Part shown: positions 52,501 to 63,302 of the stretch, piece by piece | Position numbering within the stretch: the first letter of the stretch is position 1 | Layout: every line of letters begins with the position of its first letter | NCBI GenBank assembly: GCA_963733035.1 | Contig: CAVTBU010000005.1 | Span: 1,952,001-2,016,000 of the forward strand | Direction: 5' to 3' | Origin: Pirellulales bacterium | GTDB lineage: Bacteria; Planctomycetota; Planctomycetia; Pirellulales; PALSA-1355 | DNA: 64,000 bases | The notes under the pieces: generated by a model | The model's input: only the letters and a program-made list of their open reading frames with translations | What the model was told of the DNA's origin: nothing | The model's database searches: none | Made by a program: the position numbers and the translations under genes

Positions 52501-54946
52501 GGCATTCCACGACCGGCGCACGGAGGACCTGAGTACCGAACCGAATGGTCATACAACCACGGACCTGATGATGCCAGATGCCGACTACGATCAACGCATC
52601 CCGCCCCGGGGATCGCTGTTCGTGGAGCTTTACAATCCGTGGGTGACGCAGAGCACGGTCACGAATGCCGGCAATTTGCCATCGGCTTACGAGGTGCCGG
52701 GGGAGTTTTATAGCGTCAATACCACGGCCAACACGGCAACCGGCGTAAATCTGAATGCCACGTCTCTTAACGGAGGCTCGCCGGTTTGGCGAATGCTGAT
52801 CACGCTCGGCAGCGCCATTCAGACCAACGGGCAACCGAAAGACCCCGACCATCCATTTCCGGCCTACGCTCCGACGCTTGCCGAAATTGAACGGAGCATC
52901 TACTTCGTGCAGCCCCCGCAGACGATCACCGGCGACGGTCAGAAGTATTTCCAAAATCGGCTGGTCGCCCCAATTCTTCCCGGGCGATATGGCGTGATTG
53001 GTTCGGCGGGTCTCGCCAACACCCTCGGCGGTACCTATACGACAACCATTGGGCGACTTGTCCAGACGGCCAGCAATACGGCCGACACAGCGCATGATGG
53101 TAATGCGCAAGTCATCAACACGCGGCGGATCGTACTTTCACCGAGCGCAAATCCCGCGACGCCCCAAGTGCAGGTACTGCTCAATGGCTCGGCTCCAAGC
53201 TTCTCCGACATTCAGCCGCCGATCGCCATCGTGATCGACCAGGCGCAGGACGCGACGGGAAATGTCACGCCGCGTTCTATTAGTGTTTCAGAACCAACCT
53301 ATGGTTATCTCGCCGGCACGACGCAGGCCTTTCCCGCGGAACCCATTGTTTACAACCCAGTGCAGGACGTACCTCTGGACAACGCGAATCCAGTGGCTCC
53401 GATGAGCAATCGGCTGTGGCGTTTCATTCACCTACAGCGGTTGGCTGATCCCACGCTGCCTTACAGCCCCAAGACAAATCCGTACCGCACGATCGACACC
53501 GCACCGATCGCACTTTCAGTTTTCAATGGACTTACGCCACCTGGTACAATCGAGGCGATTTATACACCAACCGGGGTCTGTTCCACACAACGCGGCACAC
53601 AACAATCTGGCGTGGATAAGCCCATGCCGAACCTGCTTTGGGTTTATGAGCCGCAGGTGGCAGCCATCACTTCAATCGCGGACGGCAGCAACACTCACAA
53701 CGTTCCGTTTTTCGTCAGTGAATCGCTTGGATACTTGAATCAGGGATATGGCACGGCCGGAAATGCGATGAGCACTTTCACGTCGTCTTCAACCGCGCCG
53801 AGCAGTTATAGGGGATCGCCCAACGTTCAACCATTTCCCTGGCTCAACTGGAACAACCGTCCGTACGTGGGGCAATTAGAGCTGATGATCGTGCCCAAGA
53901 GCCGTTCGTCGCGGTTGACGCTGGAATACGCCCCAGACTTGGATCTAGACGCGACAAATCCCCACCACCCGTACGCCGGCCACGTGACAAGCACCAGTCA
54001 CCTGTTTCCATTCTTCGATACGGTTGCGGCATCGCAACCCGTGCCACCTAATCTTCATCGCGTGTTTGAATACCTGACAGTTCCATCGCGATTCGTGGGA
54101 ACGGAAACCGAGCTCGACCCCCAGACGATGAACGCCTTGCCCGCGTTCGACACCACGGGCGTCGAACAGACGTTAGTGTCGTTTTTGCATCCGCCGTTCA
54201 ATCGCGTGTCGAACTACCGAGAGCCGGGACGGATCAACATCAATACGATTTCCAGTGACTATGTTGCAACTGCTGGAACGTCACAATCTACTGTCTGGAA
54301 CGGAGTGCTGAATGCATCGGCGGGCGACACGATCCTCGCGGGTACGTCGCTGAACTGGCTCGCAGTAGCGCAAAGCCGCCAAGGAAAATCGTATCCGTTC
54401 CGACCGACGACCGGCAATTTGGATTCAACGTCGATATTTGGCAACCCGTTCCGATCGGCGGCCGGTGAAGCTCTATTGCTTCCGCTTACGAAGTACTATG
54501 CGGATCGGGATGAGGTCGACGTCACGTTGTTCCGTCCTGTCAACCCGGCAACGAATGCCCCAGCCACGGACACGCCGCTTTTCGGCTACACGTCGACACA
54601 GTTGCACAACAATTCGAGCCGCAATCCGTACTTCAGGCACCAGCACTTGCAGCGGATTAGTAACGTCGTCACCACCCGCAGCAACGTCTACGCCATCTGG
54701 ATCACGGTCGGCTATTTCCAGGTGCAATCGCCGCCGCTGGATTCCACGGGAACTGCGTTGCCCTTCGGTCCCGGCACGCCCTATCCGGACGGCTATCAGT
54801 TGATGGCGGAGATGGGGAGTGATACGGGGGAGGTGGAGCGGCATCGGGGGTTCTATATTTTCGACCGCTCGATTCCGGTGGCCTTTGAGCCGGGCAAGAA
54901 CCACAACTTCGAAGAAGGCCTGCTGCTGCGGCGGTTTATCGAGTGA
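49587..54946 (+). CDS. Giant PilX/GspK-type minor pilin E (~1,790 aa); several apparent frameshifts in the 5' half
   Basis: RRG|VLLLVVLSLLILF lacks Glu5; DVDNDGDG, DLDGRLNVN, GRININT, TTRSNVYAIWITVG and HRGFYIFDRS; consecutive ORFs 49542, 50300/50385, 50730, 50924, 51362 and 51764 tile one gene. Confidence 0.78.
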
Positions 54947-54988
54947 GCGAGCGGTGAAGGCCGGCGGGCGAAGGACGAGGCTGAAGCG

Positions 54989-56674
54989 TCAGGACTTGGG
55001 CGCGGCTGCCTGCGTGCGGCAGGGGATGACCTGGTGCTCGTCGAGATACTCGGGGCCGACCGGGTAGTTGCGGAAGCGGATGGAGTTGTAGGTTTCGAAC
55101 CAGCGGGCGATGTCGGCCTCGACCTGGCGGTCGTAGTCGGGGGCCACGTGCAGCGTCTTGCCGGCGGTCGGCTCGCGCAGCTCGCCCTGGTCGACGATCA
55201 CCTGGCCCGCCTTGATCACGTGGCGGGGTAGCTCGAACATGAGCTCCTTGTTGTCGTCGGGCGTGTAGAGGGTGACGTCGGCATCGGCGCCCGGCCCGAG
55301 GTGGCCTTTGTGGGTGAGGCCGAGGATTTTGGCGGGTCCGCTGCGGGTGATGATGCAGATCTCGTAGAGCGAGTACTCGCGGTCGAGCTGGGCCAGGGTG
55401 GAGCGCTCGCGGACGCGCGGGTGGACGGTTTTGAGCACGTCCTGCCGCCAGGTACGGTCCATCAGCAGTCGAATGATCTGCGGATAGGCCAAGAACGAGC
55501 CGCCGTTGGGATGGTCGGTGCTCATGACCACGCGCCAAGGATCGTCGACCAGCAGATACCACTCGAGGCCGATCGCCCATTGCAAGGCGTTGATCAGGTT
55601 CTTTTGCTTGTACTCGATGGGCGCGATGCCGCAGCCGGCCTCCATCTCGATTTCGGCCGAGAACCATTTGGTCTTGAAGAGGTTGCTCAGGTAGTAGCCG
55701 AGCGGACCGTCGCCGGTCATGCTGGTCGTTTCGCCAAACAGCACCTGGCCGACGTCGACGGTGAGATTGGGGTGGGCGTTGACGTACTCGGCCAGCGGCA
55801 CGACCTGCGAGCCGAACGATTCCTCCTCGCCGCCGGCGCCGCCATAGCTGTGAAACTGGATGTGCGTGAGGTGCCCGCCGAAATCGGCCAGCGATTTCAT
55901 GGTTTCGAGCGTGGTGGTCCAATTGCCGGGCATGCCGAGGTTGTTGCAGTGCAAATGAACCGGATGCGGCAAGCCGAGTTCGCCCGCCGCCTGCGCGATG
56001 CCGCGAATGATTTGCCGCGGCGTGACGTCGAAGTGCTCGACGACGGAGTCCAAACCGCTGACGTTGCCAGAGGCCTGCTGTTTCCAGACTTCGACGCCGC
56101 CGGGATTGACCATCTTGGGAGCGAACCCCTTGGCGGCTGACAGCAACCAGCCGAGAAAGGCCTTCACGCGCTCGGGCTCGCCCTGGTGAATGGCCCGCAT
56201 CAGGTAGTGGTTGTTGCCGACGACGACGTAGAAGCCCTTGTCGAGGCAGGGTGTATCGGCAAACTCCTCGTGCACGTGGCGCGCGGCCAGCGGCGGGATG
56301 GCGGCGTCGAAGGCCGTGGTGTAGCCCATGCCGGCGTATTTGTAGCCGGTGGCAAACGTGCTGGGGACGCTCCCCATCGTGCCGCTATGCGTGGTGGGCG
56401 TGCGGTGGAGAGGCGGTGCGGATCGCTTTTCCTCAGGTCGCATGCGGCGGGCGATATTGACCTTAGGCCCGGCGATATGGCAATGCATGTCGATGCCGCC
56501 CGGCATGACGACCAGGCCGCGGGCGTCGATCGTGCGATCGGGGCGAACGTTCGGGTCGGTGGGCGCGGCGACGATTTTGCCGTCGCAGATCCACAGATCG
56601 CGCAGCTGGCCGTCGACGCCGTTCGTGGGGTCGTAAACCGTGCCGCCGGCAATTTTAAAATACGACCTGGCCAC
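54989..56674 (-). CDS. fhcA: Formyltransferase/hydrolase complex subunit A (formylmethanofuran dehydrogenase subunit A-like amidohydrolase)
   Basis: MPGGIDMHCHIAG, KMVNPGG, HLHCNNLG, HLTHIQFHSY and STDHPNGG. Confidence 0.95.
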   Translation of the reverse strand: MARSYFKIAGGTVYDPTNGVDGQLRDLWICDGKIVAAPTDPNVRPDRTIDARGLVVMPGGIDMHCHIAGPKVNIARRMRPEEKRSAPPLHRTPTTHSGTMGSVPSTFATGYKYAGMGYTTAFDAAIPPLAARHVHEEFADTPCLDKGFYVVVGNNHYLMRAIHQGEPERVKAFLGWLLSAAKGFAPKMVNPGGVEVWKQQASGNVSGLDSVVEHFDVTPRQIIRGIAQAAGELGLPHPVHLHCNNLGMPGNWTTTLETMKSLADFGGHLTHIQFHSYGGAGGEEESFGSQVVPLAEYVNAHPNLTVDVGQVLFGETTSMTGDGPLGYYLSNLFKTKWFSAEIEMEAGCGIAPIEYKQKNLINALQWAIGLEWYLLVDDPWRVVMSTDHPNGGSFLAYPQIIRLLMDRTWRQDVLKTVHPRVRERSTLAQLDREYSLYEICIITRSGPAKILGLTHKGHLGPGADADVTLYTPDDNKELMFELPRHVIKAGQVIVDQGELREPTAGKTLHVAPDYDRQVEADIARWFETYNSIRFRNYPVGPEYLDEHQVIPCRTQAAAPKS

Positions 56675-56677
56675 GGC

Positions 56678-58012
56678 TCAACTCGCGGTGGTTTGTTGCA
56701 GCTCGCGGACGCGAAGACCGACTCGGTGGAGGATTTCGACGTCGGTCGGCAGCGACGATGTGAGCGTCTGCCTCAACGGGAGAGGAATCTCATCCATGCG
56801 GTAGACGGTGCCGCCGGTGTGGATGCCCGCCGTGGCGGTGAGGAATTCGACGCTGGCACCACGCGTCTCCGCGGTGGGTCGGCTGTCGAGGACGATACGG
56901 GGGATCGACGCCAGATGCCGGTGGGCGGCGGAGCCAAAATCCTCGCTCACGTCGCATTGCACGATCAGTGCGGCGTCGACTTCGCCCCGGGCCAGCACGT
57001 CGTCTGCCGAGTATTCGCCCGGATTGAATCGCGGATACCCTCGCGATAGGTTCACGGCAAAAGCGAAGCCGGTGCGCCAGGCGAGCACGTTGTCGGCGCC
57101 GGTGACGTTACCCGAACCGCGCATCGATTTGCCGACGAACCGCGTATAGGCGTTCATGTCGCGAATGAGAGCCAGCATGGCCTCGGTGTTAAGGTGCTTG
57201 CCGTGGGTCATCGCCAAACCGGGACCAAAAAACATCACGCCAAACTTTGCCCGCTTCATGCGAGCGGCCAGATCCTGCCAGGCGGCCAACGGAACACCGG
57301 TGCTCTGGCACACGTGGGCATCGTCGAGCTGGCGATCGGCGGCTAGCGCGCGCAGCGTCCAGAGGGCTTCGAAGTCGCGGTCGGGTTCAACCTGTATGAA
57401 TACATCGGCAGCCTCGGCGCTGGCGGTCCGCTCGACGTCGACCACAATGACGGTGCGATCGGCACGGCCGCGCGGCACGAACATGCCCTTGGGAAAGAGG
57501 CTGTAGCGCTCGAAATGCCGAGGGTGCGTCGTCGCGGGATCGATGCCCCAAAAGATGATCAGATCGCCGCGGTTGGCTACTTCGCCCAGCGAACTGGTCA
57601 CTTCGCCCACGCCTTGAAACGAGACGCCCCAGGGCCCGTGGTGGCTGCTGGTTGGCGTGTCGATGACCGCCCCCAACCAATCGGCCAAATCGGCGGCTGC
57701 CTGTTGGGCTTCGCTGCTGGTGCCGCGCAAACCATAGATTAGCGGATAGCGGGCGTCGGCGAGAATCCGTGCGGCACGTTCGATGCCTGCGGCCAATTCG
57801 GCCGGCTGGCCCTCGATCAGGCAACTCGGCAGCGATTGTTCGCGTGGTTCCAGGAACCACGCTTGCCCCAGCGTGCAAGCACGTCGGGCCTCGATGATGC
57901 GACTGCCGTCGACGACGACGTCGATGTCGTCGCATACGCAACCGCAGGCCGTGCAAGCAACGTCAGCAACGATGTGCGGCGGATCGGAATCGACGGCTTT
58001 GTTGGTGGGCAC
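56678..58012 (-). CDS. fhcB: Formyltransferase/hydrolase complex subunit B (FwdB-like); start approximate
   Basis: CTACGCVCDD..ACTLG, PLIYGL, LGEVANRGD, HPRHFERY, MRGSGNVTG and PRFNPGEY. Confidence 0.92.
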   Translation of the reverse strand: MPTNKAVDSDPPHIVADVACTACGCVCDDIDVVVDGSRIIEARRACTLGQAWFLEPREQSLPSCLIEGQPAELAAGIERAARILADARYPLIYGLRGTSSEAQQAAADLADWLGAVIDTPTSSHHGPWGVSFQGVGEVTSSLGEVANRGDLIIFWGIDPATTHPRHFERYSLFPKGMFVPRGRADRTVIVVDVERTASAEAADVFIQVEPDRDFEALWTLRALAADRQLDDAHVCQSTGVPLAAWQDLAARMKRAKFGVMFFGPGLAMTHGKHLNTEAMLALIRDMNAYTRFVGKSMRGSGNVTGADNVLAWRTGFAFAVNLSRGYPRFNPGEYSADDVLARGEVDAALIVQCDVSEDFGSAAHRHLASIPRIVLDSRPTAETRGASVEFLTATAGIHTGGTVYRMDEIPLPLRQTLTSSLPTDVEILHRVGLRVRELQQTTAS

Positions 58013-58284
58013 GGAAAAACTCTGGCGTTTCTGTATATTCCGAGTGCGAAGCGCGAGCGGAGCTAGGGACCGCAATCGTCCATTGTCCTCGCTGGCGCTG
58101 CGGGCTAGTGCCTCAATGGCGATCGGAAATCGTGGGACTTGAGTTTGGCTCATGCCCAAGGGTCCGATTCCGCGATTAGCATGTAGGCAGGCATTACGGG
58201 CAGACTCTATATTCTGTCATCGGTCTGCAGCAAACGCCAGCGCAAAGAGCGCCCGCACCCCGCCAAAACCATCCGGAGAGACCT

Positions 58285-58653
58285 ATGCTACCCGTCGAAG
58301 AAACCTGGGTCACGCTCGTGCGCCACGAAGGCGAAACCCCGCGCGAACCGAGCACTTGCGGTGTGCGCGACCGTCTGATTAGCCATGAGGACAATGGCCG
58401 TGTCGCCGCCTGGGTTCACGCCGTGGATATTGACGGTGCACGCGAACATTATCATCGCCGCAGTGCCGAGCTATACTACGTGCTCGATGGTGAGGGGCAG
58501 GTGATTCTGGACGGGCAATTACACGACGTGCGCAAGGGTTCGATCGTGCACATTCCGCCGGGCGTCATTCACGGCGCGCGAGGACGGATGCGGGTGCTCG
58601 TGGTCGGCGTGCCCGATATCGCCGATGACGACGTCTATTTTCTGGAAGATTGA
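58285..58653 (+). CDS. Cupin domain protein
   Basis: HYH...ELYYVLDGEG and IPPGVIH; GGAG RBS. Confidence 0.9.
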   Translation: MLPVEETWVTLVRHEGETPREPSTCGVRDRLISHEDNGRVAAWVHAVDIDGAREHYHRRSAELYYVLDGEGQVILDGQLHDVRKGSIVHIPPGVIHGARGRMRVLVVGVPDIADDDVYFLED

Positions 58654-59122
58654 TCCGACGAAGTGCACAATCGGGACGGCTGGAACTGGGGGACATGCGC
58701 CAGGGCCATGTCGCGGCATCGGATCGGGTGCCCTGGACGGAACCGTCGATCGCCGTCTATCTCAACGAAGCATGCAATGCTGGCACTCACCGGCGACGCG
58801 CGAGGGTCGGTTGTCTATCTGGACCGAGCTCGATCGACATTTTCGCTGGGGAATGCCCGCTTTATATACCGATGGGCAAGTGTTTGGCGACCGACAACCG
58901 ATCATTACCGTATGACGGCTCGTAGCGGTGCCGCGCAAATTGAAACCACGGCGTTCCGCCACCTTCGTTTGACCTTGTGTTCCGATTGAGGGAGGTAGTA
59001 CGCCCCTCGGTGGCTTGCTAGCTGAGCGGCTGGCAGCCGCAATTGACGATTCGCGGCAAGGTGCGATACCTTGGTGCCCCCATTCGTTCGGCACGTTGTT
59101 CTCAGGTAAGGAGGCCTGAAGC

Positions 59123-61641
59123 ATGCACCGATGGCACATACTGCTGTCTCTCTTCATCTGCCTGGCGATGTTGCCAGTCGCGGGTGCCCAGGAGCGAGCC
59201 AATGGTCGCGCGTCGAGCCGCTTGTTGCAATCCGCCGAAACGCTCGAAAATGCATTTGAGCGAACGGCTGCGCGTCCGGGTGGACGAATCGCGCAGCCTG
59301 AGTCCATACAGCGCGCGATACGTCAGCGCGCAAAGTCCGAAAGCGACGCCAGTTCGCCAAGTGCCGCGCAAGACGCCCTCACCCGCTCTCGCGGCAACGC
59401 TCAAGGCCCTCGATGCGACGGCACCCTACAGTGTGTCGTCGAGCGGTCGATACCTGGTCGCCACACAGGGCAAATCAGGACTCGTCCTCTTCGACACTAA
59501 AACGCACCGCGCATTGCGGCAACTTCATAAGGGAGCGAGGGGATATACCCTCGTCGAAATCTCGTCAGACGCGCGATGGATCGCCGGCGTTCAGGCGGCG
59601 AACCCCGATCTGATTGACCTTTGGCGGGCAGACAACGGCCAGCTGGTGCGTACCATTCAAGCCGAAGGTGGCAGAAAGCAATCGATCTCGTTTTCGGCCG
59701 AGGGCGAACAACTTCGCGTGCTGGCCGAAGACGGTCGCGGCGTGATCTACAACATTCCGGCCGGAGTGCGGGTGGGAGGATTTCAATCCGGCAACGGCGG
59801 TTCAGGCATGAAACCGCCGACAGTGCAACTCGAACCACTCAACGTTCCGCGGACGGCAACCCCTCAGCAAAGCGCCGCCACGCCGAAGACGCAACGTCTT
59901 GAATCCTGGTCGGCCGCTCCCGAAACGGCGAGCCCGGCTCTGCCGCCCAAGGCACACGTTGCAATGCCAAAGACGGTAACGTCGGCGCCCATCACGGTAC
60001 CACTGTCGTCGGCGCCTGGGGGCTCGGGCCTGCCAACCGCCGAACCCATGATGGCAGCTCCCGCCGCGGCCGAGCCAATGGCCGCGAGTCCGTCGGCCGC
60101 CGAACCACCGACGGCTTCCCCGTTTGAAGTCGCGGCGCCAGCGGCAGAACCCATGGCTGCGACGCCTATGCCCGAGGCTGCGCCACAAGCCCGCGAGACG
60201 ACCTCTCCCCGAGCCGCGATGCGTGTCGAAGCCCCCAGCGAATCAATTGCCCCCGGCGCCGAAGAAACCGCCGTTGCGGAAACCGAACCGCGCGAGGCTG
60301 TGCCTGCTAACGAAAGCGAGCCGATCGCCGCGTCTGCGCCGTCCGGCAATGCGAATCTCGATGCGGAGGCCGTCTCGCAATTGCCGACTCCACAGCCCGA
60401 AGACCTCTCCAAGGTCACCGTGCACTACGCCACAAACCGCAATCGATTGGGGGTGGCCGACCGCACCTGGCTGGCGTATTTCAAAGGCTTCTTTTTCAGC
60501 TTACCGGCGGTCATCGTCTACGTTTTGACCGTCTTGTGCTTGTTGGTCTTTCCCTGGTTCGGCAAACGCTCCTGGGCCGCCGCCGCGCTGCTCACCGGCG
60601 TGGTCGTGCTCTGTTCGATGGCAGCGCTCGAAGCTTACGTTCGCTCTCAGTTGCGAGACGAGCTGTCAGGCGAGTTGTACGGTTCCATTCCCGGCGATTT
60701 GAACTACGGGACCTGCGAAATTTCGGTGCCGAAGCCCGAGAACCGTTCGCCGGGCGAACTGAACCGCCCCGTGTCGGTATGGATCTTCGAGGCGCCAGAG
60801 GACCCCGACAAACATTTCACGCTGCGGCAAGTTACCGAACTCGGCGGCAAGGACGCGTTTTACGAAAGCCTGTCGGCGCAGCTACGCGCGTAGCGAGGAC
60901 GGTGCCTCGCTGCTGTTTATCCACGGCTACAATGTCTCGTTCGAGGACGCGATCTTCCGCACGGCTCAGCTGGCCGTCGACTTGAAGTACCGGGGCGCGC
61001 CAATCACGTTTAGCTGGCCGTCGTATGCCGACCCGGTGAAGTACACGTTCGACGAGCAAAACGCCGAGGTTTCGATACCGGCTCTGCGCGAGTTTCTCGA
61101 AGATTTGTCGACGCGTAGCGGTGCAAAGCGTATTCACATCGTTGCACACAGTATGGGCAACCGTGTGCTCGCCGGCGCGCTGAGAGCCATGCCGCCTGAG
61201 GCGCGTGTGAAGAACAAGGCGATGTTCCGCGAGATCGTGTTGGCCGCGCCCGACATCGACAGCCGCGTATTCGAGACGCAGGTCTTACCACACCTCGAGG
61301 AGAACACGCAGCACTGCACGCTGTATGCTTCCTCGCGCGACCGGGCGCTCATGATGTCTCGCTACTTCCACAACTTCCAGCGGCTGGGCGAAACGGAACC
61401 ACAGCTGATCGTGGCCACGGGCATGGACACCATCGACGCCTCGTTGGTCGACACCAGCCTGCTGGGGCACTCCTACATTGGCGACGTGCAATCGATTGTC
61501 AGCGATTTGCACGACCTGGTCGTCAGCGGCAAGCGTCCCACCGAACGCGGCGGCCTGGAACCCGAATTGCTCGGCCAGTTGATGTACTGGGCGATCAAGC
61601 CAAGCCTGCAAACCGCGGCCGAAGCGGGCACCAGGCGGTAG
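59123..61641 (+). CDS. Secreted or membrane DUF900-type alpha/beta hydrolase with WD40-like N-terminus and Pro/Ala linker; apparent frameshifts near 59330 and 60888
   Basis: Signal peptide MHRWHILLSLFICLAMLPVAGA; WD-like S.DARWIA and SISFSAEG; VHYATNR, FIHGYNVSFEDA, FSWPS, AHSMGNR, LAAPDID and GHSY. Confidence 0.82.
60040..60178 (+). repeat. Degenerate ~10-aa coding tandem repeat (AEPMxAxPxA)
   Basis: AEPMMAAPAA / AEPMAASPSA / AEPPTASP.. / AEPMAATPMP inside the linker. Confidence 0.6.
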
Positions 61642-61682
61642 CCGTTCCACGCCAAGTAACCGGTAGGTTCAGCACCGGCGAT

Positions 61683-63302
61683 TTACGTCACGAACGCGAA
61701 CCGTTCGGCGTCGAATAGGCCCAGGTCGCTCAGCTTGAGTTTGGGGATGACCAGCAAGGCCATGAATGACAATGTCATGTACGGGGCGGAGAGCATGGAA
61801 CCGGCGGACTTGGCCAGCTTGTCGACTTGGGCGTATGCTTCGCCGATCTTTTCGGCGGGCAAGTTGCTCATCAAGCCGGCGATGGGAAGCGGCAACACGG
61901 CCTCGCTTTCTTCGTCGACGTAGCAGACTCCGCCGCGGCTGGCGACCAGCGCGTTGACGGCTTTGGCGATCAACTTGTCGTTGATGCCCACGGCGATGAT
62001 GTTGTGCGAATCGTGAGCGACTGTCGAGGCGATTGCTCCCCGCTTGAGCCCGAAGTTCCTGATAAACGCCACGCCTGGCGATGCATTTTGATAGCGATTC
62101 ACCACGGCGATCTTCAGCACGTCGTTGTCCAGGTCGGCCTGTAATTGGCCGCCGACCACCGGCAAACGGCATGGCTCGCGTTCGGTAATGATCTGCCGGT
62201 CGACTGCCACGATCGCCTCGTGAAAGCATGGCGCGTCGGTCACGGCGAAATCCTCCGACTGCTTCGGCTGGCAATCAAAATGATTGGGAGTCGCGGGAGG
62301 CGTCCAGGAAAAAGCAACTCGGCCCCGATCGTAGACACAGGCGCCGTCGATCCAGGTTTGACGCACGTGAAACGACGTCAGGTCGTCCACCACAACCAAG
62401 TCAGCCGGATCGCCAGGGCGTAACTGTCCCACGGGCAACCGGTAGTGTTCCACCGGATGCACACAGGCGGCACGAAGCACGTTCATCAACGGGAGGCCGT
62501 CGGCCACGGCTCGTCGTACCAGTCCGTCCACGTGGCCTTCGAGCAAATCGTCAGGATGCTTGTCGTCGCTGCAGAGCATGCATGACGCCGGATGGGTCGA
62601 AAGCAGGCTCTTGAGCGCTTCGTAGTTGTGCGCGGCCGAACCTTCGCGGATTAAAATCTTCATGCCGCAGGCGATTTTGTCGATTGCCTCGTCGAGCGTG
62701 AAACATTCGTGATCGGTGCTGATGCCAGCCGCGGCGTAATGCCGGGCGTCGTCGCCACGCAGACCTGGCGCATGTCCGTCGACCGGTTTACCGAGTTTCT
62801 TGGCAGCGTCGATCTTGGCAAGCACTTCCGAGTCGCCATGCAGGACGCCGGGATAGTTCATCATCTCGCTCAGATAGCCGATCTCGTTCCGAGCGAGCAA
62901 TTCGGCAACGGCGGCCGCGTCGAGCACCGCGCCGGCTGTCTCGAAGCTCGTGGCCGGTACGCAGGAAGGACAACCAAAATGGAACTTGAGCGGCACTTGG
63001 CGGGCACTGTCCAACATGTACTCGATGCCGGCGGTGCCCAACACGTTGGCAATCTCATGCGGATCGGAGACGGTCGCGACGGTTCCAAATCGCACGGCCA
63101 CCTGTGCGAAGGAAGCCGGAGGCATCATGCTGCTTTCGATGTGAATATGACTATCGATAAAGCCGGGCAGAATGTAGCCGCCACCCTCGACGGGGTGCTC
63201 GTCGATGAGCGCGATCCGCCCGTCGGCAATTGTCACCGAACCGGTGAGAATTCGCTCGGTCCGAATGTCAACGATTTGACCACTGATGCGCGCTTGGCTC
63301 AT
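61683..63302 (-). CDS. ade: Adenine deaminase
   Basis: PGFIDSHIHIESSM, DPHEIANV, EMMNYPG, DGHAPG, DHEC, REGSAA, CSDDKH and STVAHDSHN. Confidence 0.96.
   Translation of the reverse strand: MSQARISGQIVDIRTERILTGSVTIADGRIALIDEHPVEGGGYILPGFIDSHIHIESSMMPPASFAQVAVRFGTVATVSDPHEIANVLGTAGIEYMLDSARQVPLKFHFGCPSCVPATSFETAGAVLDAAAVAELLARNEIGYLSEMMNYPGVLHGDSEVLAKIDAAKKLGKPVDGHAPGLRGDDARHYAAAGISTDHECFTLDEAIDKIACGMKILIREGSAAHNYEALKSLLSTHPASCMLCSDDKHPDDLLEGHVDGLVRRAVADGLPLMNVLRAACVHPVEHYRLPVGQLRPGDPADLVVVDDLTSFHVRQTWIDGACVYDRGRVAFSWTPPATPNHFDCQPKQSEDFAVTDAPCFHEAIVAVDRQIITEREPCRLPVVGGQLQADLDNDVLKIAVVNRYQNASPGVAFIRNFGLKRGAIASTVAHDSHNIIAVGINDKLIAKAVNALVASRGGVCYVDEESEAVLPLPIAGLMSNLPAEKIGEAYAQVDKLAKSAGSMLSAPYMTLSFMALLVIPKLKLSDLGLFDAERFAFVT

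Noticed and set aside
58650..59120. Short ORFs after the cupin gene
   Set aside because: Composition is not protein-like and no motifs were found; treated as intergenic.
2640..60900. Many split genes (GYF protein, GNAT-HDAC, tex, Tm-1, S53, DUF900) as pseudogenes or programmed frameshifts
   Set aside because: Breaks often fall at short dinucleotide runs such as GCGCGC/CGCG, catalytic motifs are intact on both sides and no slippery heptamers were seen. Long-read indel error is the simplest explanation.
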